A DNA stretch of 64,000 nucleotides, from NCBI GenBank assembly GCA_037917685.1, contig JAVCBU010000006.1, positions 96,001-160,000 on the forward strand. The letters are read 5' to 3'. Source of the DNA: Thermoproteota archaeon. Lineage in GTDB: Archaea > Korarchaeota > Korarchaeia > Korarchaeales > JAOZGB01. Within the stretch, counting starts at the first letter, position 1. Each line of letters opens with the position of its first letter. The position numbers were made by a program, and so were the translations under genes. The notes beneath the pieces were generated by a model. The model was not told the DNA's origin. It was given only the letters and a program-made list of their open reading frames with translations, and searched no databases. Below, in pieces: positions 10,527-20,569 of the stretch.

Positions 10527-10786
10527 GAAAACTCGGGGTAATACTTGGTATAACAAATGAGAGAAGTTTCCTAATAGAGGTCAGTAATACTCGCTTATTA
10601 AGATTTCCTAAAGCGATAAACCGTAATGTCTACACAAAGGGGGGAAAACTAATAGGTATAATTAGAGACGTTATAGGTCCAGTTTCTAACCCGTATGCTA
10701 CAGCAAAAGTACTAATACCACTCGAAGATGCAAGTTCCTATATCAATAAACCCGTATACGTAGAAAACGGTAAAGTTAAAAACTAA
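10523..10786 (+). CDS. gar1: H/ACA RNP protein Gar1
   Basis: MRKLG, IGIIRDVIGPVSNPYA; conserved rps8e-srp19-gar1 context. Confidence 0.85.
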   Translation: MRKLGVILGITNERSFLIEVSNTRLLRFPKAINRNVYTKGGKLIGIIRDVIGPVSNPYATAKVLIPLEDASSYINKPVYVENGKVKN

Positions 10787-10809
10787 ACGGTAATATATAT
10801 CATGTAGAA

Positions 10810-10980
10810 TTGGAGGGCTTTCCTAAAAACACAAGAAATCTTGGAAAAAGGGAACACAGCTACTCTGTTCTAAGCCGAATACCTTGCTTCAGATGTAAAA
10901 CCCTTAACAACTGCCTCCAAAAAGGAGACATATACAAGTGTAACAACCTTACAAGGTATCTGTTATACGAGTTTTGTTAG
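10810..10980 (+). CDS. Small 56-aa protein resembling the C-terminal FeS domain of TFEbeta/RPC34 (not in the ORF track)
   Basis: TTG start; MEGFPKNTRNLGKREHSYSVLSRIPCFRCKTLNNCLQKGDIYKCNNLTRYLLYEFC*; IPC-x2-C-x5-C-x8-C-x2-L motif; gar1...trm1 context. Confidence 0.65.
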   Translation: MEGFPKNTRNLGKREHSYSVLSRIPCFRCKTLNNCLQKGDIYKCNNLTRYLLYEFC

Positions 10981-12129
10981 ATACTTTACGACCTCAATAT
11001 CTGCCTTGGTTTTTATAGATTTAAATGAGATATGGCTCCTAGAAGCTGACCATCCATGCATTCTAAGAGCTGATATCAGTTTATCAATTCCAACTGATGC
11101 TATGCCCAGGGCTTTTGAAACCCTATCGAGGTCGTAAAACCATGGAACAGAATCCACCTCGTTAGACAGTAGCTCTAATCTTCTTAGAAGAATCTTGTCA
11201 TTAGTTCTAACGTTTATAATTATTTTTTGAACAAAGTCTGGATCCATATGTCTTCTGATCCACAGAGGGCCTAATCTGAATGTCCTAGAGCCGCACACCT
11301 CACATCTCTCTTTGACACTCTCCTCCAATTTCCAAGCACCACGCCACCCACATTTCGGACAATGAAATATATAACCCATGACGCCATTCAACCATCTAAC
11401 TACACTACTGGAGGGCTTAAATAAGATCGCAAAAGCCCTTAAATAGTGTCTATGGTATAACGCCACCGGAAACTCGGCTTTCAAACCATTGAAGGCTGCC
11501 ATTCTAGCTATATAGCCTAAAAGTATTCTTAAACCGACCTCCTTAGAATACTCTACCGGGTAGGACCAAGCACCATAAATTCTATAGCATTTCTCAGGGT
11601 ACCTACCAAAGAGGACTGTTAAATCTGTAGCCGTGACCCCCAATATGCTGTTTTTAAGCTCAGACAAGAGTTTTATAGACGGTTCAATAAAGGGAGCTGG
11701 AGAACCGAAGGGATCTATATCTACGTAGTTAACTTTGGCTTGCAACCTATGCAGATAGGATGGTAAGATTGAAGCATCCATATTGAAGACCGCTGAGATA
11801 CTTGATATGCCATTCAACGCGATATTTAACCTTATAATCCGGCATGCTTCAGCATTTAGATCGTTAAATATAACCGTAGAGACAGGTACTTCTATAGCTG
11901 CTCTAACACCTCTAACCCCTGTTGCCGCCATTAAGTCGAGCATTCGAACTTCCCCAATTAGCCTTGAAGCTACTTTAAGGAATGCGATCGTTAAGTCTCG
12001 GTTAGATTCCATCTGAGGGTTATAGAAGGCAGGTAGCTTCATGAGATCCCCTGAAGTAAGACGATCATACTCCGCTTTGGGAACGTACAATTTCACACTA
12101 CCCTCAGACGTTAGAATCAGATTAGCCAT
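10963..12129 (-). CDS. trm1: tRNA (guanine-26-N2)-dimethyltransferase
   Basis: FYNPQMESNRD, AATGVRG, DIDPFGSPAPF, zinc-finger CxxC pairs, GPLW. Confidence 0.95.
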   Translation of the reverse strand: MANLILTSEGSVKLYVPKAEYDRLTSGDLMKLPAFYNPQMESNRDLTIAFLKVASRLIGEVRMLDLMAATGVRGVRAAIEVPVSTVIFNDLNAEACRIIRLNIALNGISSISAVFNMDASILPSYLHRLQAKVNYVDIDPFGSPAPFIEPSIKLLSELKNSILGVTATDLTVLFGRYPEKCYRIYGAWSYPVEYSKEVGLRILLGYIARMAAFNGLKAEFPVALYHRHYLRAFAILFKPSSSVVRWLNGVMGYIFHCPKCGWRGAWKLEESVKERCEVCGSRTFRLGPLWIRRHMDPDFVQKIIINVRTNDKILLRRLELLSNEVDSVPWFYDLDRVSKALGIASVGIDKLISALRMHGWSASRSHISFKSIKTKADIEVVKYLTKLV

Positions 12130-12167
12130 GCTAACTGAGAAAAGTGATATTTTACCTTTTATCTCTA

Positions 12168-12734
12168 ATGATTGTGAAGGTGAATGTTATAATCACAGGG
12201 CCACCAAGGTCGGGCAAGTCTACAGTTATCAGGAATGTTATAGCTGAGATAAGAAGAAGCGGCTTAAAAGTTGGTGGAATTATGACGCCTCAGATTTTAA
12301 TTGATGGGAGAAGATACGGTTTCAAGATAATAGACATTTACACAGGGGAGGAGGGCATCCTCGCATCTGTAGATATAAGATCTAGAGTAAAAGTTTCAAA
12401 GTACGGTGTTGATCTCAAGGTTCTCGAATCCGTTGGTGTCAAAGCTATCGAGAGGGCGATTAAAGACTGCGATTTCATAGTAATAGATGAGATAGGCAAA
12501 ATGGAATGTTTAAGCAGAAGCTTTAGGAACATTGTTAAAACCGCTTTAAGCTCTGATAAAACTGTAATAGCCACAGTACCCATGAGAACCCGCGACCCGT
12601 TTATTTTAAGTATAAAGAGGAGTAAGGACATTATAGTTTTAAATGTTCTGGAAGGGAGCAAGGATAAGCTAGTAGTTGAAATTTTGAGACTGGTTGGGAT
12701 TTATGATCGTAGCCGGAGTAGACGAAGCTGGTAG
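12168..12734 (+). CDS. NTPase (THEP1/NTPase_1 family)
   Basis: ITGPPRSGKST, KYGVD, IVIDEIGKME. Confidence 0.9.
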   Translation: MIVKVNVIITGPPRSGKSTVIRNVIAEIRRSGLKVGGIMTPQILIDGRRYGFKIIDIYTGEEGILASVDIRSRVKVSKYGVDLKVLESVGVKAIERAIKDCDFIVIDEIGKMECLSRSFRNIVKTALSSDKTVIATVPMRTRDPFILSIKRSKDIIVLNVLEGSKDKLVVEILRLVGIYDRSRSRRSW

Positions 12735-13350
12735 AGGGGCGGCCATCGGCCCTTTAGTTGTAGCATGTGTATCTATAAGAGCTAGGCACATACCAAAGCT
12801 TGTTAGTATTGGTGTAAAGGATTCTAAACTGTTAGAATACGACTTAAGATTTAATCTTGCAAATGACATTAGGAGGTATGCTTACCAGATAGAATATAAG
12901 GTTGTAGATGCTAAGACCGTTGATAAAGCGGTTTATAAACATAAGCTTAACAGGTTAGAACTGGAAGTGATGGCTGAACTTCTTAACAGGGTTAAATACG
13001 ACATAGCTATCATAGACTCACCTCTCAGAGACTGCAGTAAGGTAGTCGGTTTTATATCACAAAAAGTTGAAGGCCATGTTCTCGCTACCCACCATGCTGA
13101 CAGGAAGTTTGTAACTGTGGCCTGTGCTTCTATCATTGCAAAAACCATTAGAGATAGTTTAGTGGAGAAATTGAAGAAGAAGTTCGGGGATTTTGGAACT
13201 GGCTATCCCTCCGACCCAAAAACCATTGAATTCATTAAAAGATATGGAAGAGAACGATTCTCTATAATAAGAACCAGTTGGATAACTATAAAAAGACTAT
13301 TCTTGGATCAGAAAACCCTTTTAGATTTTATGATAGACGAGAAAGTATGA
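12703..13350 (+). CDS. rnhB: Ribonuclease HII
   Basis: AGVDEAGRG, GVKDSK, ASIIAK.IRD, GTGYPSDPKT; PIP-like QKTLLDF at the C-terminus. Confidence 0.96.
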   Translation: MIVAGVDEAGRGAAIGPLVVACVSIRARHIPKLVSIGVKDSKLLEYDLRFNLANDIRRYAYQIEYKVVDAKTVDKAVYKHKLNRLELEVMAELLNRVKYDIAIIDSPLRDCSKVVGFISQKVEGHVLATHHADRKFVTVACASIIAKTIRDSLVEKLKKKFGDFGTGYPSDPKTIEFIKRYGRERFSIIRTSWITIKRLFLDQKTLLDFMIDEKV

Positions 13351-14014
13351 GCCTATGCTTTTTGGCATATGGGTCAAGGTTTGTTTCTTCAACGATTGAC
13401 ATTACTCTGGATATTTTCCTCTTTTCTCCCTTGAAAACAACCGAAGGTTTTGCTGTAGCATCGATACTACTTGCCTTGATAGCTATCGCCGCGAATCCTC
13501 CCTCTTTAAGATATAATTCCACATTTTTAAGGAATATTTCAGTCTGATTTGGCTGGGCTATATCACAATAGACGAAATCTACCTCCTGAACGATAGAAGA
13601 GTATAACTCGGGCTTTGAGGCGTCAGCCAATATCGGGGCAATATTCCCTCTCACAGCTGCAACCTTCAACAAGTCCTTAATCTCCACAGCTGAAACATCT
13701 ACCCCATATATGAGACCTCTCTTTCCGATGATATCGCTGAAATGGGAGGCTGTGGTACCAGATGCTACTCCTAAATAAAGTATGATCATCCCATCCTTTA
13801 ACGGGAGGGTTTTAAAGCCCTTCATTAGGGCAGCTGCAGGTTTAGATCTGTATGGATTCCATATTCGATATTCTATACCTTTAACCTTGATTACCCTCTC
13901 ATCGTATGATTTAAAGCCTGGAACAAGATTTTTGGTTGCTGGGACTTTCTCTCTTCTTCCTTGATACCAGTATAAACCCTTAATCTTAGAGTCTGGTTTA
14001 ATCATAGCTGACAC
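13328..14014 (-). CDS. flpA: Fibrillarin-like rRNA/tRNA 2'-O-methyltransferase
   Basis: YRIWNPYRSK, LYLGVASGTTASHFSD, DIAQPNQ. Confidence 0.95.
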   Translation of the reverse strand: MSAMIKPDSKIKGLYWYQGRREKVPATKNLVPGFKSYDERVIKVKGIEYRIWNPYRSKPAAALMKGFKTLPLKDGMIILYLGVASGTTASHFSDIIGKRGLIYGVDVSAVEIKDLLKVAAVRGNIAPILADASKPELYSSIVQEVDFVYCDIAQPNQTEIFLKNVELYLKEGGFAAIAIKASSIDATAKPSVVFKGEKRKISRVMSIVEETNLDPYAKKHRLILSRLS

Positions 14015-15131
14015 CTCGAAGCTCTGCGAGCTTCTTCTCTATCTCCATTTTAAGCTTATCTCCTATGTATTCTCCTCCAAAATAGTCTACTCTAGCTGCT
14101 ATTGCGATTTTACTGGCAAACATCCTTGCAACTCTTCCTCTGAGCTGTTTAGGAGAAGCCCTTATCTCTTTAACTTGAAATATAATTCCGTGTTTGGGGG
14201 GAGGACCTTTCCCTCTCAGGTGAGCGAAGAGAGCTTTTTGAGCACCTAGTACTTGAATCGTACTGGAAGGCATCGAGGCAAGCCTGTTGAGGCCGCCGGC
14301 TTCAGCTATTAACTTGGCTGCCACGAGTGGGTTAATTATTGAGCATAGGTTAGGGGCGATCTCCTTCATAATTTTGACTATGGTCTTCTCCAATGACGAT
14401 GTTGCCTCATTAAGCTTAAGCCACGCCAAGGCCAGGTGGATCAGCGGCTCTATGTGATGCGACTCAAAATCTCCGCCAACAGAGTATTTTGCTGCTTTCA
14501 ATATTTTCTCCGCTTTCTCAGTGTCTATGCCGAACTTTACAAGCTGCTTGAGCTTTGCGCCTTCGCGGGTGCCTACTCCTATCACTCCTTTCATATATTG
14601 TTGATGTTCCTCAAGAAGATCATCTAGTTCTGGAAAATGGAGAGAGTAACATGATCTGAGACCCATTGCAAGATTATTCAAAGATTTTTCGACGATTTCT
14701 AGGTAGTTAACCAGTTGAATTACATAGTTAGACTTGTCACTAAAGCTTTTAGATATATTATGCCTAGTTAAAGCTACACAGGCTTCTATTATTCTCTCAT
14801 CAATCCTTTCAACTTTTAGCCCGATCTTTCTAAGATATCCTCTTAGGTTCCGCCTGACCCTTCTCGCGGGCTTACTCCCTGGTTCTAACACGCATTTTAT
14901 CCCATTTTCCACTATAAAATCATGTAAGGAAGGATCGTTTGTTGATATTTTCCTAAAATCATGGCTTTTCAAGAAGTCTATGAGAAGCTTCGCCTCTTTA
15001 GATTTTCTGCCTGATTCTATGTTAACAAATGAATCTGGAAAGCGCTCATATTCTATTTTGGAAATTATTTCCCCGTCCCTGTCCAAGGCTAAAATTGCAA
15101 AAGGGGTGTTTATAAGATAGCAGGATTTCAA
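13998..15131 (-). CDS. nop5: Box C/D RNP protein Nop5 (Nop56/58)
   Basis: HFPEL, IAPNL, MPSSTIQVLGAQKALF, PPKHGIIFQ. Confidence 0.95.
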   Translation of the reverse strand: MKSCYLINTPFAILALDRDGEIISKIEYERFPDSFVNIESGRKSKEAKLLIDFLKSHDFRKISTNDPSLHDFIVENGIKCVLEPGSKPARRVRRNLRGYLRKIGLKVERIDERIIEACVALTRHNISKSFSDKSNYVIQLVNYLEIVEKSLNNLAMGLRSCYSLHFPELDDLLEEHQQYMKGVIGVGTREGAKLKQLVKFGIDTEKAEKILKAAKYSVGGDFESHHIEPLIHLALAWLKLNEATSSLEKTIVKIMKEIAPNLCSIINPLVAAKLIAEAGGLNRLASMPSSTIQVLGAQKALFAHLRGKGPPPKHGIIFQVKEIRASPKQLRGRVARMFASKIAIAARVDYFGGEYIGDKLKMEIEKKLAELRGVSYD

Positions 15132-15139
15132 GTTCTAAC

Positions 15140-15298
15140 CTACCTTCTTACTGTTTGCGATTGGCTCGCAAGGAGCCTCCTATATCTTCTTCTAAGCCTC
15201 AGCCTAGGGGGCTTGCTCTCTCTGGGTCTTGCCTCAACCTTTGGGGTGAGCTGTCTAACCCTACCAGCCTTTGTAAGTGCACCGTGGGTACCAGGCAT
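15140..15298 (-). CDS. rps30e: 30S ribosomal protein S30e (not in the ORF track)
   Basis: MPGTHGALTKAGRVRQLTPKVEARPRESKPPRLRLRRRYRRLLASQSQTVRR*; HG.L.KAG.VR..TPK motif. Confidence 0.93.
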   Translation of the reverse strand: MPGTHGALTKAGRVRQLTPKVEARPRESKPPRLRLRRRYRRLLASQSQTVRR

Positions 15299-15361
15299 AT
15301 CAGCACCTACATACTAATAGTCTTGATTCCTTTAAAAGGTCTGTCATAGTTAAAACTAATA

Positions 15362-16957
15362 GTGATGAATAACAGAAGAAAAGCATGCGTAGAGATCGCG
15401 AAATACATATTATCAGGAAAGGTTAGAAATAGAAGGGAGTTAGAAAGGATCAAGGTGGAAGTGTCTAAGAAATACAAGCTTAGAAGCCTACCTAAGAATA
15501 CCGAGATTTTAGAGGTAATAAGTGATAAAAGCGAGAAGGTCATAAAACTATTAAAACTCAAAACCGTAAGAACATACTCTGGAATAGCCGTATTTTCTGT
15601 CATGAGCGTCCCATGGCCGTGTCCTAAAAGTAAACCATGTATCTACTGCCCTGGCGGTCCTGAGTATGGTTGGGGGCCGACACCTCAATCTTACACCGGT
15701 ATGGAGCCTGCTGGTATGCGTGCAATTCAGCATTCATTCGACCCTTATAGACAAGTTAAATCAAGACTTAGCCAGTTAGAATCCATAGGGCATAGCACTT
15801 CAAAGGTGGAAATAATTATTCAAGGGGGAACTTTTCCAGCTATGCCTGCCAAATATCAGAAATGGTTTGTAAAAAGGTGTCTAGATGCAGTAACAAGTTC
15901 TGAGTCATGGAATTTGCAACATGCAATTTACAAAGCTGAAAGGTCAAAAAGAAGGAACACAGGCATTACAGTGGAATTACGCCCTGACACTGTAGACGAG
16001 AAAACCTGCAATTTAATGCTGAGCTACGGGACTACAAGAGTAGAAGTGGGGGTTCAAAGCTTGTTTGATGACATCTTAGCATTTGTAAATAGGGAACACA
16101 ACGTGGAAGACGTGGTAAAGGCTTTCAGAATGCTAAAAGACTACGGGTTCAAGGTAACAGCACACATGATGCCTAATTTACCAGGCTCGAATATACAACG
16201 CGACTTCGACTCTTTTAAAAAACTTTTTGAAGATGAACGATTCAAGCCTGACGGTTTAAAAATATATCCCACCCTCGTTCTTGAAAATACTGAACTATAC
16301 AACATGTATTTGAGGAAAGAGTTCACCCCATACACACTTGAGGAGACAATCGAGCTCTTAGCCAAAGTAAAAGCTATTGTCCCGCCTTACGTTAGGATAT
16401 ATCGGATTCAGAGGGATATACCATCAGGCAGAATAGCCGCAGGTGTTAAAAAGGGGAACCTGAGAGAACTTGTTCAATGGAGAATGAAGGAGTTAGGGTT
16501 AAAGTGTAGATGTATAAGATGCCGTGAGGTTGGGAGGTACCTTTTAAAGGGAGGGGAAATCTCAGATTTGAAGCCGACATTTAAGAGGTATCAGTACGAA
16601 GCGTCGGGGGGAGTTGAATTCTTTCTTAGCATTGAAGACACGACGAAGGATGTGCTACTAGCATTTTTAAGGCTAAGAATTCCATCTCCCGATGCACCTG
16701 CGCCTCTACGAGATTCAGCAATAGTGCGAGAACTACATGTTTATGGGCCGCTTGTTCCTGTTGGTGAGAGAGCACTCCCTGAGGGAGCTCAACACAGAGG
16801 GCTTGGAAGGAGACTCATGGATAAAGCTGAAGAAACCGTTTTAGAGCAAGGAATCTCGAAGATATATGTTATTTCAGGAATAGGTGTCAGGGAATACTAT
16901 AGAAAGCTTGGATATAAAAGGTGGAGGTACTATATGCTTAAGAATCTTGATTCGTAA
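15362..16957 (+). CDS. elp3: Elp3 tRNA uridine(34) acetyltransferase (radical SAM + KAT)
   Basis: PCPKSKPCIYCPGG, PQSYTG.EP, LKIYPTLV, VRELHVYG, QHRGLG. Confidence 0.96.
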   Translation: MMNNRRKACVEIAKYILSGKVRNRRELERIKVEVSKKYKLRSLPKNTEILEVISDKSEKVIKLLKLKTVRTYSGIAVFSVMSVPWPCPKSKPCIYCPGGPEYGWGPTPQSYTGMEPAGMRAIQHSFDPYRQVKSRLSQLESIGHSTSKVEIIIQGGTFPAMPAKYQKWFVKRCLDAVTSSESWNLQHAIYKAERSKRRNTGITVELRPDTVDEKTCNLMLSYGTTRVEVGVQSLFDDILAFVNREHNVEDVVKAFRMLKDYGFKVTAHMMPNLPGSNIQRDFDSFKKLFEDERFKPDGLKIYPTLVLENTELYNMYLRKEFTPYTLEETIELLAKVKAIVPPYVRIYRIQRDIPSGRIAAGVKKGNLRELVQWRMKELGLKCRCIRCREVGRYLLKGGEISDLKPTFKRYQYEASGGVEFFLSIEDTTKDVLLAFLRLRIPSPDAPAPLRDSAIVRELHVYGPLVPVGERALPEGAQHRGLGRRLMDKAEETVLEQGISKIYVISGIGVREYYRKLGYKRWRYYMLKNLDS

Positions 16958-18938
16958 CCTTTTTCCTATATTCTACTATTAACTTCCTCACAACACTTTC
17001 TGAAAATTGTGATTCCCCAACCTTCGCGGGAAGAAACCTTCTTTTAACCTTTTCAACATCTTGCGGGTTAAAAATCGCGATATCACCTAGGATTTTCATT
17101 TTAATTTCTGAGGCGGGTATGACTGGAATTTTAGAGTTTTTAAGAATTGAAAGAGCCGGCTCTGGCGGAGGCTTTCCCAGAACTATTATAGCTGAAGGTA
17201 GAAGCCTTGATATTCTCTCTGCTACGGCCTTACCAGCACCAGCAGCATCTTTAACAACCAATATGGATCCGGGCTTGATTCTCTTTTTAGCAATGGCCTC
17301 TTCGATTATGTTTTTTGAAAGTTTATCGATAACTTCAGCCCTCTCAAGCTGATATAGTTCTACTTCCTTACTTCTACTTCTCTCCATGTCTAGTTCAACC
17401 TCAAGCTCTTTCACACGTCTCTCTAAATTGGCTACTTTGGTCTCTAGGTAGCGTATCCTCTCATCTCTTAGCTTTATAGCCCGGTCACGCTTTATTTCAA
17501 TTAGTGTTTTATCATGGATAGAGTCTAATATGGCATGCAGATTCTCAACTTCTTTCTTATAAGAGGCCAACTCTGCCCTAAGATTTGATATTTCCTGTTC
17601 CCTTTCAGCAAGCTTCCTCTTAAGCTTTTCAATCTCCTTCTTTAGAACAATGTCCCCGGAGATAATTGGTCTGCGCTGCTCCATTTTTTTCCGTGGAGCC
17701 TCTGATTTTATTATTTTTATAGCTTCTGAGATCGGTACCCCCTCGGATACTAGGGCTCTAAGCTTATCAGAAGGTAAATTTAAACCAGACTCCCTAGCAT
17801 GTGATTCAGCTTTCCTCCATAGATTTAGGTATGAATTGTAAGTTTTAACCATGGCGGCGAAAGCATCTCTTTCATGGGAGGTTTCTACCTTAATATTATA
17901 TTTCTGGAGAATCTGTCTTTTTTCTTCCAGGGTAAGGGTTTCCATTCTATGGATCTTAGCACCGAAAATCTTAGCGATTTTAATTATAGACTTTGGAACC
18001 GGGCTCTTATCACAGGTGATTATGGTCGGAATTCCATACTTGGATATTTCTTCTATTAACATTGACCTAGTGGGTTTTCTTAGGGTCTTAAGCACAAGTA
18101 GGTTTCCGAACATGTCAAAAATGCAAAGACCAGTACTCACTCCGGGATCGATGCTAACCAATATAGGCTTCCTACTAACCCTGGGCTCTAAGTCCCCAAT
18201 CTTAATATATCCTATACTTTTCTTTCTGATAGGCTCAACAACAACCTTAATATTTGGCCCTACATACGGCCGAACAATTCTTGATAAACCTTTTCTACGA
18301 GAGTAAACGATGAATTCGGCTTTCGAAAGTCCTCCTTCACCTGAAACCGTATAAAGATCGTACTCTATACCTGCGGACTTTAGCCTTTCTTCGATAACCC
18401 TAGATTCTTCTAGTACTAGGGATTCTGAAAGCCTCCTCCATCTATCACTACCTGATCCTCCCTTTTTAACACTTGACGATTTTGCTACTATAATCTTAGT
18501 CTCGTTCTCATATAGTATAATCTTACAACCGTATCCGAGAGCCGCCAGCCTGGCGATAACCTCTGCTTCTCCCCTAGATGAATCAACTTTTGCTTCGACT
18601 CCCGCCTCCTTAGCTAAAGACTTGACAGATTTAAAACCATGTATAGGAGATCCTGTCACCTGAATTATTGTTAAATCAACCGGCAAGTTTTCTATGAACT
18701 TGTAAAGTTCAGACTTTCTCTTAAACAACTCCTTAATGTTATCTACCGCCAACGTTTTAATATGATACTTATCGATTAGAGATTTAATGTCGTAAAGAGA
18801 GACAGAGTGACTTAAGTATACGATTTCACCCTGATTTAACACTACAACTGAGTATTTAGCCCTTTTCTTAGAGTAAGGCGAGGATAGAGGTCTTACGTCT
18901 ACACCAATTATTGGCTCTTCAACAGTAGGTTGCATCAA
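16938..18938 (-). CDS. DUF460 (COG2433)-type protein with RNase H-like and coiled-coil regions
   Basis: AVDNIKEL, IIQVTG, GGSGSDRWRR, SIDPGVSTG, HERDAFAA, long coiled coil. Confidence 0.8.
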   Translation of the reverse strand: MMQPTVEEPIIGVDVRPLSSPYSKKRAKYSVVVLNQGEIVYLSHSVSLYDIKSLIDKYHIKTLAVDNIKELFKRKSELYKFIENLPVDLTIIQVTGSPIHGFKSVKSLAKEAGVEAKVDSSRGEAEVIARLAALGYGCKIILYENETKIIVAKSSSVKKGGSGSDRWRRLSESLVLEESRVIEERLKSAGIEYDLYTVSGEGGLSKAEFIVYSRRKGLSRIVRPYVGPNIKVVVEPIRKKSIGYIKIGDLEPRVSRKPILVSIDPGVSTGLCIFDMFGNLLVLKTLRKPTRSMLIEEISKYGIPTIITCDKSPVPKSIIKIAKIFGAKIHRMETLTLEEKRQILQKYNIKVETSHERDAFAAMVKTYNSYLNLWRKAESHARESGLNLPSDKLRALVSEGVPISEAIKIIKSEAPRKKMEQRRPIISGDIVLKKEIEKLKRKLAEREQEISNLRAELASYKKEVENLHAILDSIHDKTLIEIKRDRAIKLRDERIRYLETKVANLERRVKELEVELDMERSRSKEVELYQLERAEVIDKLSKNIIEEAIAKKRIKPGSILVVKDAAGAGKAVAERISRLLPSAIIVLGKPPPEPALSILKNSKIPVIPASEIKMKILGDIAIFNPQDVEKVKRRFLPAKVGESQFSESVVRKLIVEYRKKVTNQDS

Positions 18939-19011
18939 ATACCTTCACACACCTGATAATATGTATTGAAAGACCGCTTTTTTAAGTATTGGGTAACTCT
19001 TGAATGCGTGA

Positions 19012-20349
19012 ATGAAGACTCAACTTACGCTTATAGCCATGCTAATAGTCCTAGAGATACTCGGCTTTTCACAAGGTCGCCCCGAATTAACGGTCGAACT
19101 TGAAATAGAATCAATGCTTTTCACGAAAGGCAAATATACTGCGAATCTTATAGTTGGAAACCCCGGGAACATATCAGCCTTAATTCTTAAGGCTGGTTTG
19201 ATTTTGCCATGGGGAATGCGAGAAAAAAAGGTGAATATATATATGCATGCCAAAGGCATAGAGAATATACCTATAAGTTTAAGTGTCCCAGCAAACATCC
19301 AGCCTGGTATTTACGCCGTACAGGGATTTATTGATTATAGAAAAACAGGAAGCACAGAGGTAGAAAGGGCTTTGACTTCAGAAGTTAAGGTCTATATTGC
19401 AGATATAGAGAGAGCGTTAGATGTTCAAATCGATGCAAACACCACAGAGGTACTCCCTGGTGACTCGATAAAATTTAATATCACTATTTTCAATAGAAAG
19501 ATCCCAAATGCAAAGCTTAATGTAAATGTTGAGCTAGGTAATGTATCTCTTTGGAGTACAAATATCTCAATGAACATCGGTATGAGGAAGCTAATCGAGA
19601 CGGAGGTTAAGATACCGGAAACAGAACAGCCTGGCAACTATACTCTATGTTTTACAATAGATTATGGTTTTTATCGTGAACATATGTTTTTTAACATCAC
19701 TGTTAACGCTATACCCATATACTTCGACGTCGAAAAAGCAAGTAGAATGCTGGAGGCAGCTGATAGAATGCTTAGAGAGGCTGAGAAAGCCACAAACCTG
19801 GGAATAAAGGATGGGTTCGTGGAGATATATCCCTCGGAACTTAGAGAGGCCTTCAACTATTATGAAGAGGCGGAGGCCTTATTTAATGAAAAGGATAATA
19901 AAACTTTCATTTATGCTGGAATGGTAATAGAGAAGTCGAATGCTACAATTTTACTAATATCAAAAGCTTATCTCGAAGTTTTGAGTAGGGAGATCTCTAC
20001 TAGAGAGAAAGATATAGAGCGTCTTATGAACATGAGTGTGTCAGGTCGGCATCTCACCGACGTAACCGAGGCATTAAAAATAGTCAAACAACACTATGAA
20101 AGAGCCGAATCCTACTTTTTAAATTATCAATTTGAGGAGGGAAGAAACGAGGCTTTAGATTCTTTGGAAGGCTTAAAGGTGGTAGATGAGCTAATCATCA
20201 GAGCTTGGGACTCCCACCAACGTGAAACCGGATTTGTATCCATTATTTGGTTTTCTGCGTCTCTCTTGATAATTCTAATCTTGTTATACCTGTTCAACTC
20301 AATCATGACAAGTCGTTCGAGGCTTACTCCTCAGGGTTCAACATTATAA
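19012..20349 (+). CDS. Putative membrane-anchored cell-surface glycoprotein (Ig-like beta region, helical stalk, C-terminal TM)
   Basis: N-terminal signal peptide, two ..PG.Y.. beta repeats, 10 N-x-S/T sequons, hydrophobic C-terminal helix. Confidence 0.65.
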   Translation: MKTQLTLIAMLIVLEILGFSQGRPELTVELEIESMLFTKGKYTANLIVGNPGNISALILKAGLILPWGMREKKVNIYMHAKGIENIPISLSVPANIQPGIYAVQGFIDYRKTGSTEVERALTSEVKVYIADIERALDVQIDANTTEVLPGDSIKFNITIFNRKIPNAKLNVNVELGNVSLWSTNISMNIGMRKLIETEVKIPETEQPGNYTLCFTIDYGFYREHMFFNITVNAIPIYFDVEKASRMLEAADRMLREAEKATNLGIKDGFVEIYPSELREAFNYYEEAEALFNEKDNKTFIYAGMVIEKSNATILLISKAYLEVLSREISTREKDIERLMNMSVSGRHLTDVTEALKIVKQHYERAESYFLNYQFEEGRNEALDSLEGLKVVDELIIRAWDSHQRETGFVSIIWFSASLLIILILLYLFNSIMTSRSRLTPQGSTL

Positions 20350-20569
20350 ACAGGACATTGTTACCTCTTATAAATATTTTTCCGTATCTTCTGACAGCGG
20401 AGCCTGTTTTTACATCCCACTCCTTTACGTTCTCTAACACGAGATTCATGTGGTCGTCGCAAATTTCAAGTCTCCCCGAGAATTCAGCGCCGCTTTTCAG
20501 CCTAACCCTGACAAGGGAGCCATTAGATCTATGAAGGAATGCTAGTGGTGTGGCAGGTGACTTACTCAT
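20324..20569 (-). CDS. Sm-like archaeal protein (SmAP/LSm)
   Basis: VRVRLKSGAEFSGRL..DDHMNLVL and IFIRGNNV Sm motifs; ATG at 20569. Confidence 0.93.
   Translation of the reverse strand: MSKSPATPLAFLHRSNGSLVRVRLKSGAEFSGRLEICDDHMNLVLENVKEWDVKTGSAVRRYGKIFIRGNNVLFIMLNPEE

Noticed and set aside
13328-15360. Box C/D guide RNAs near nop5/fibrillarin
   Set aside because: No convincing RUGAUGA...CUGA pair was found by eye in the nearby spacers; a snoscan run would be needed
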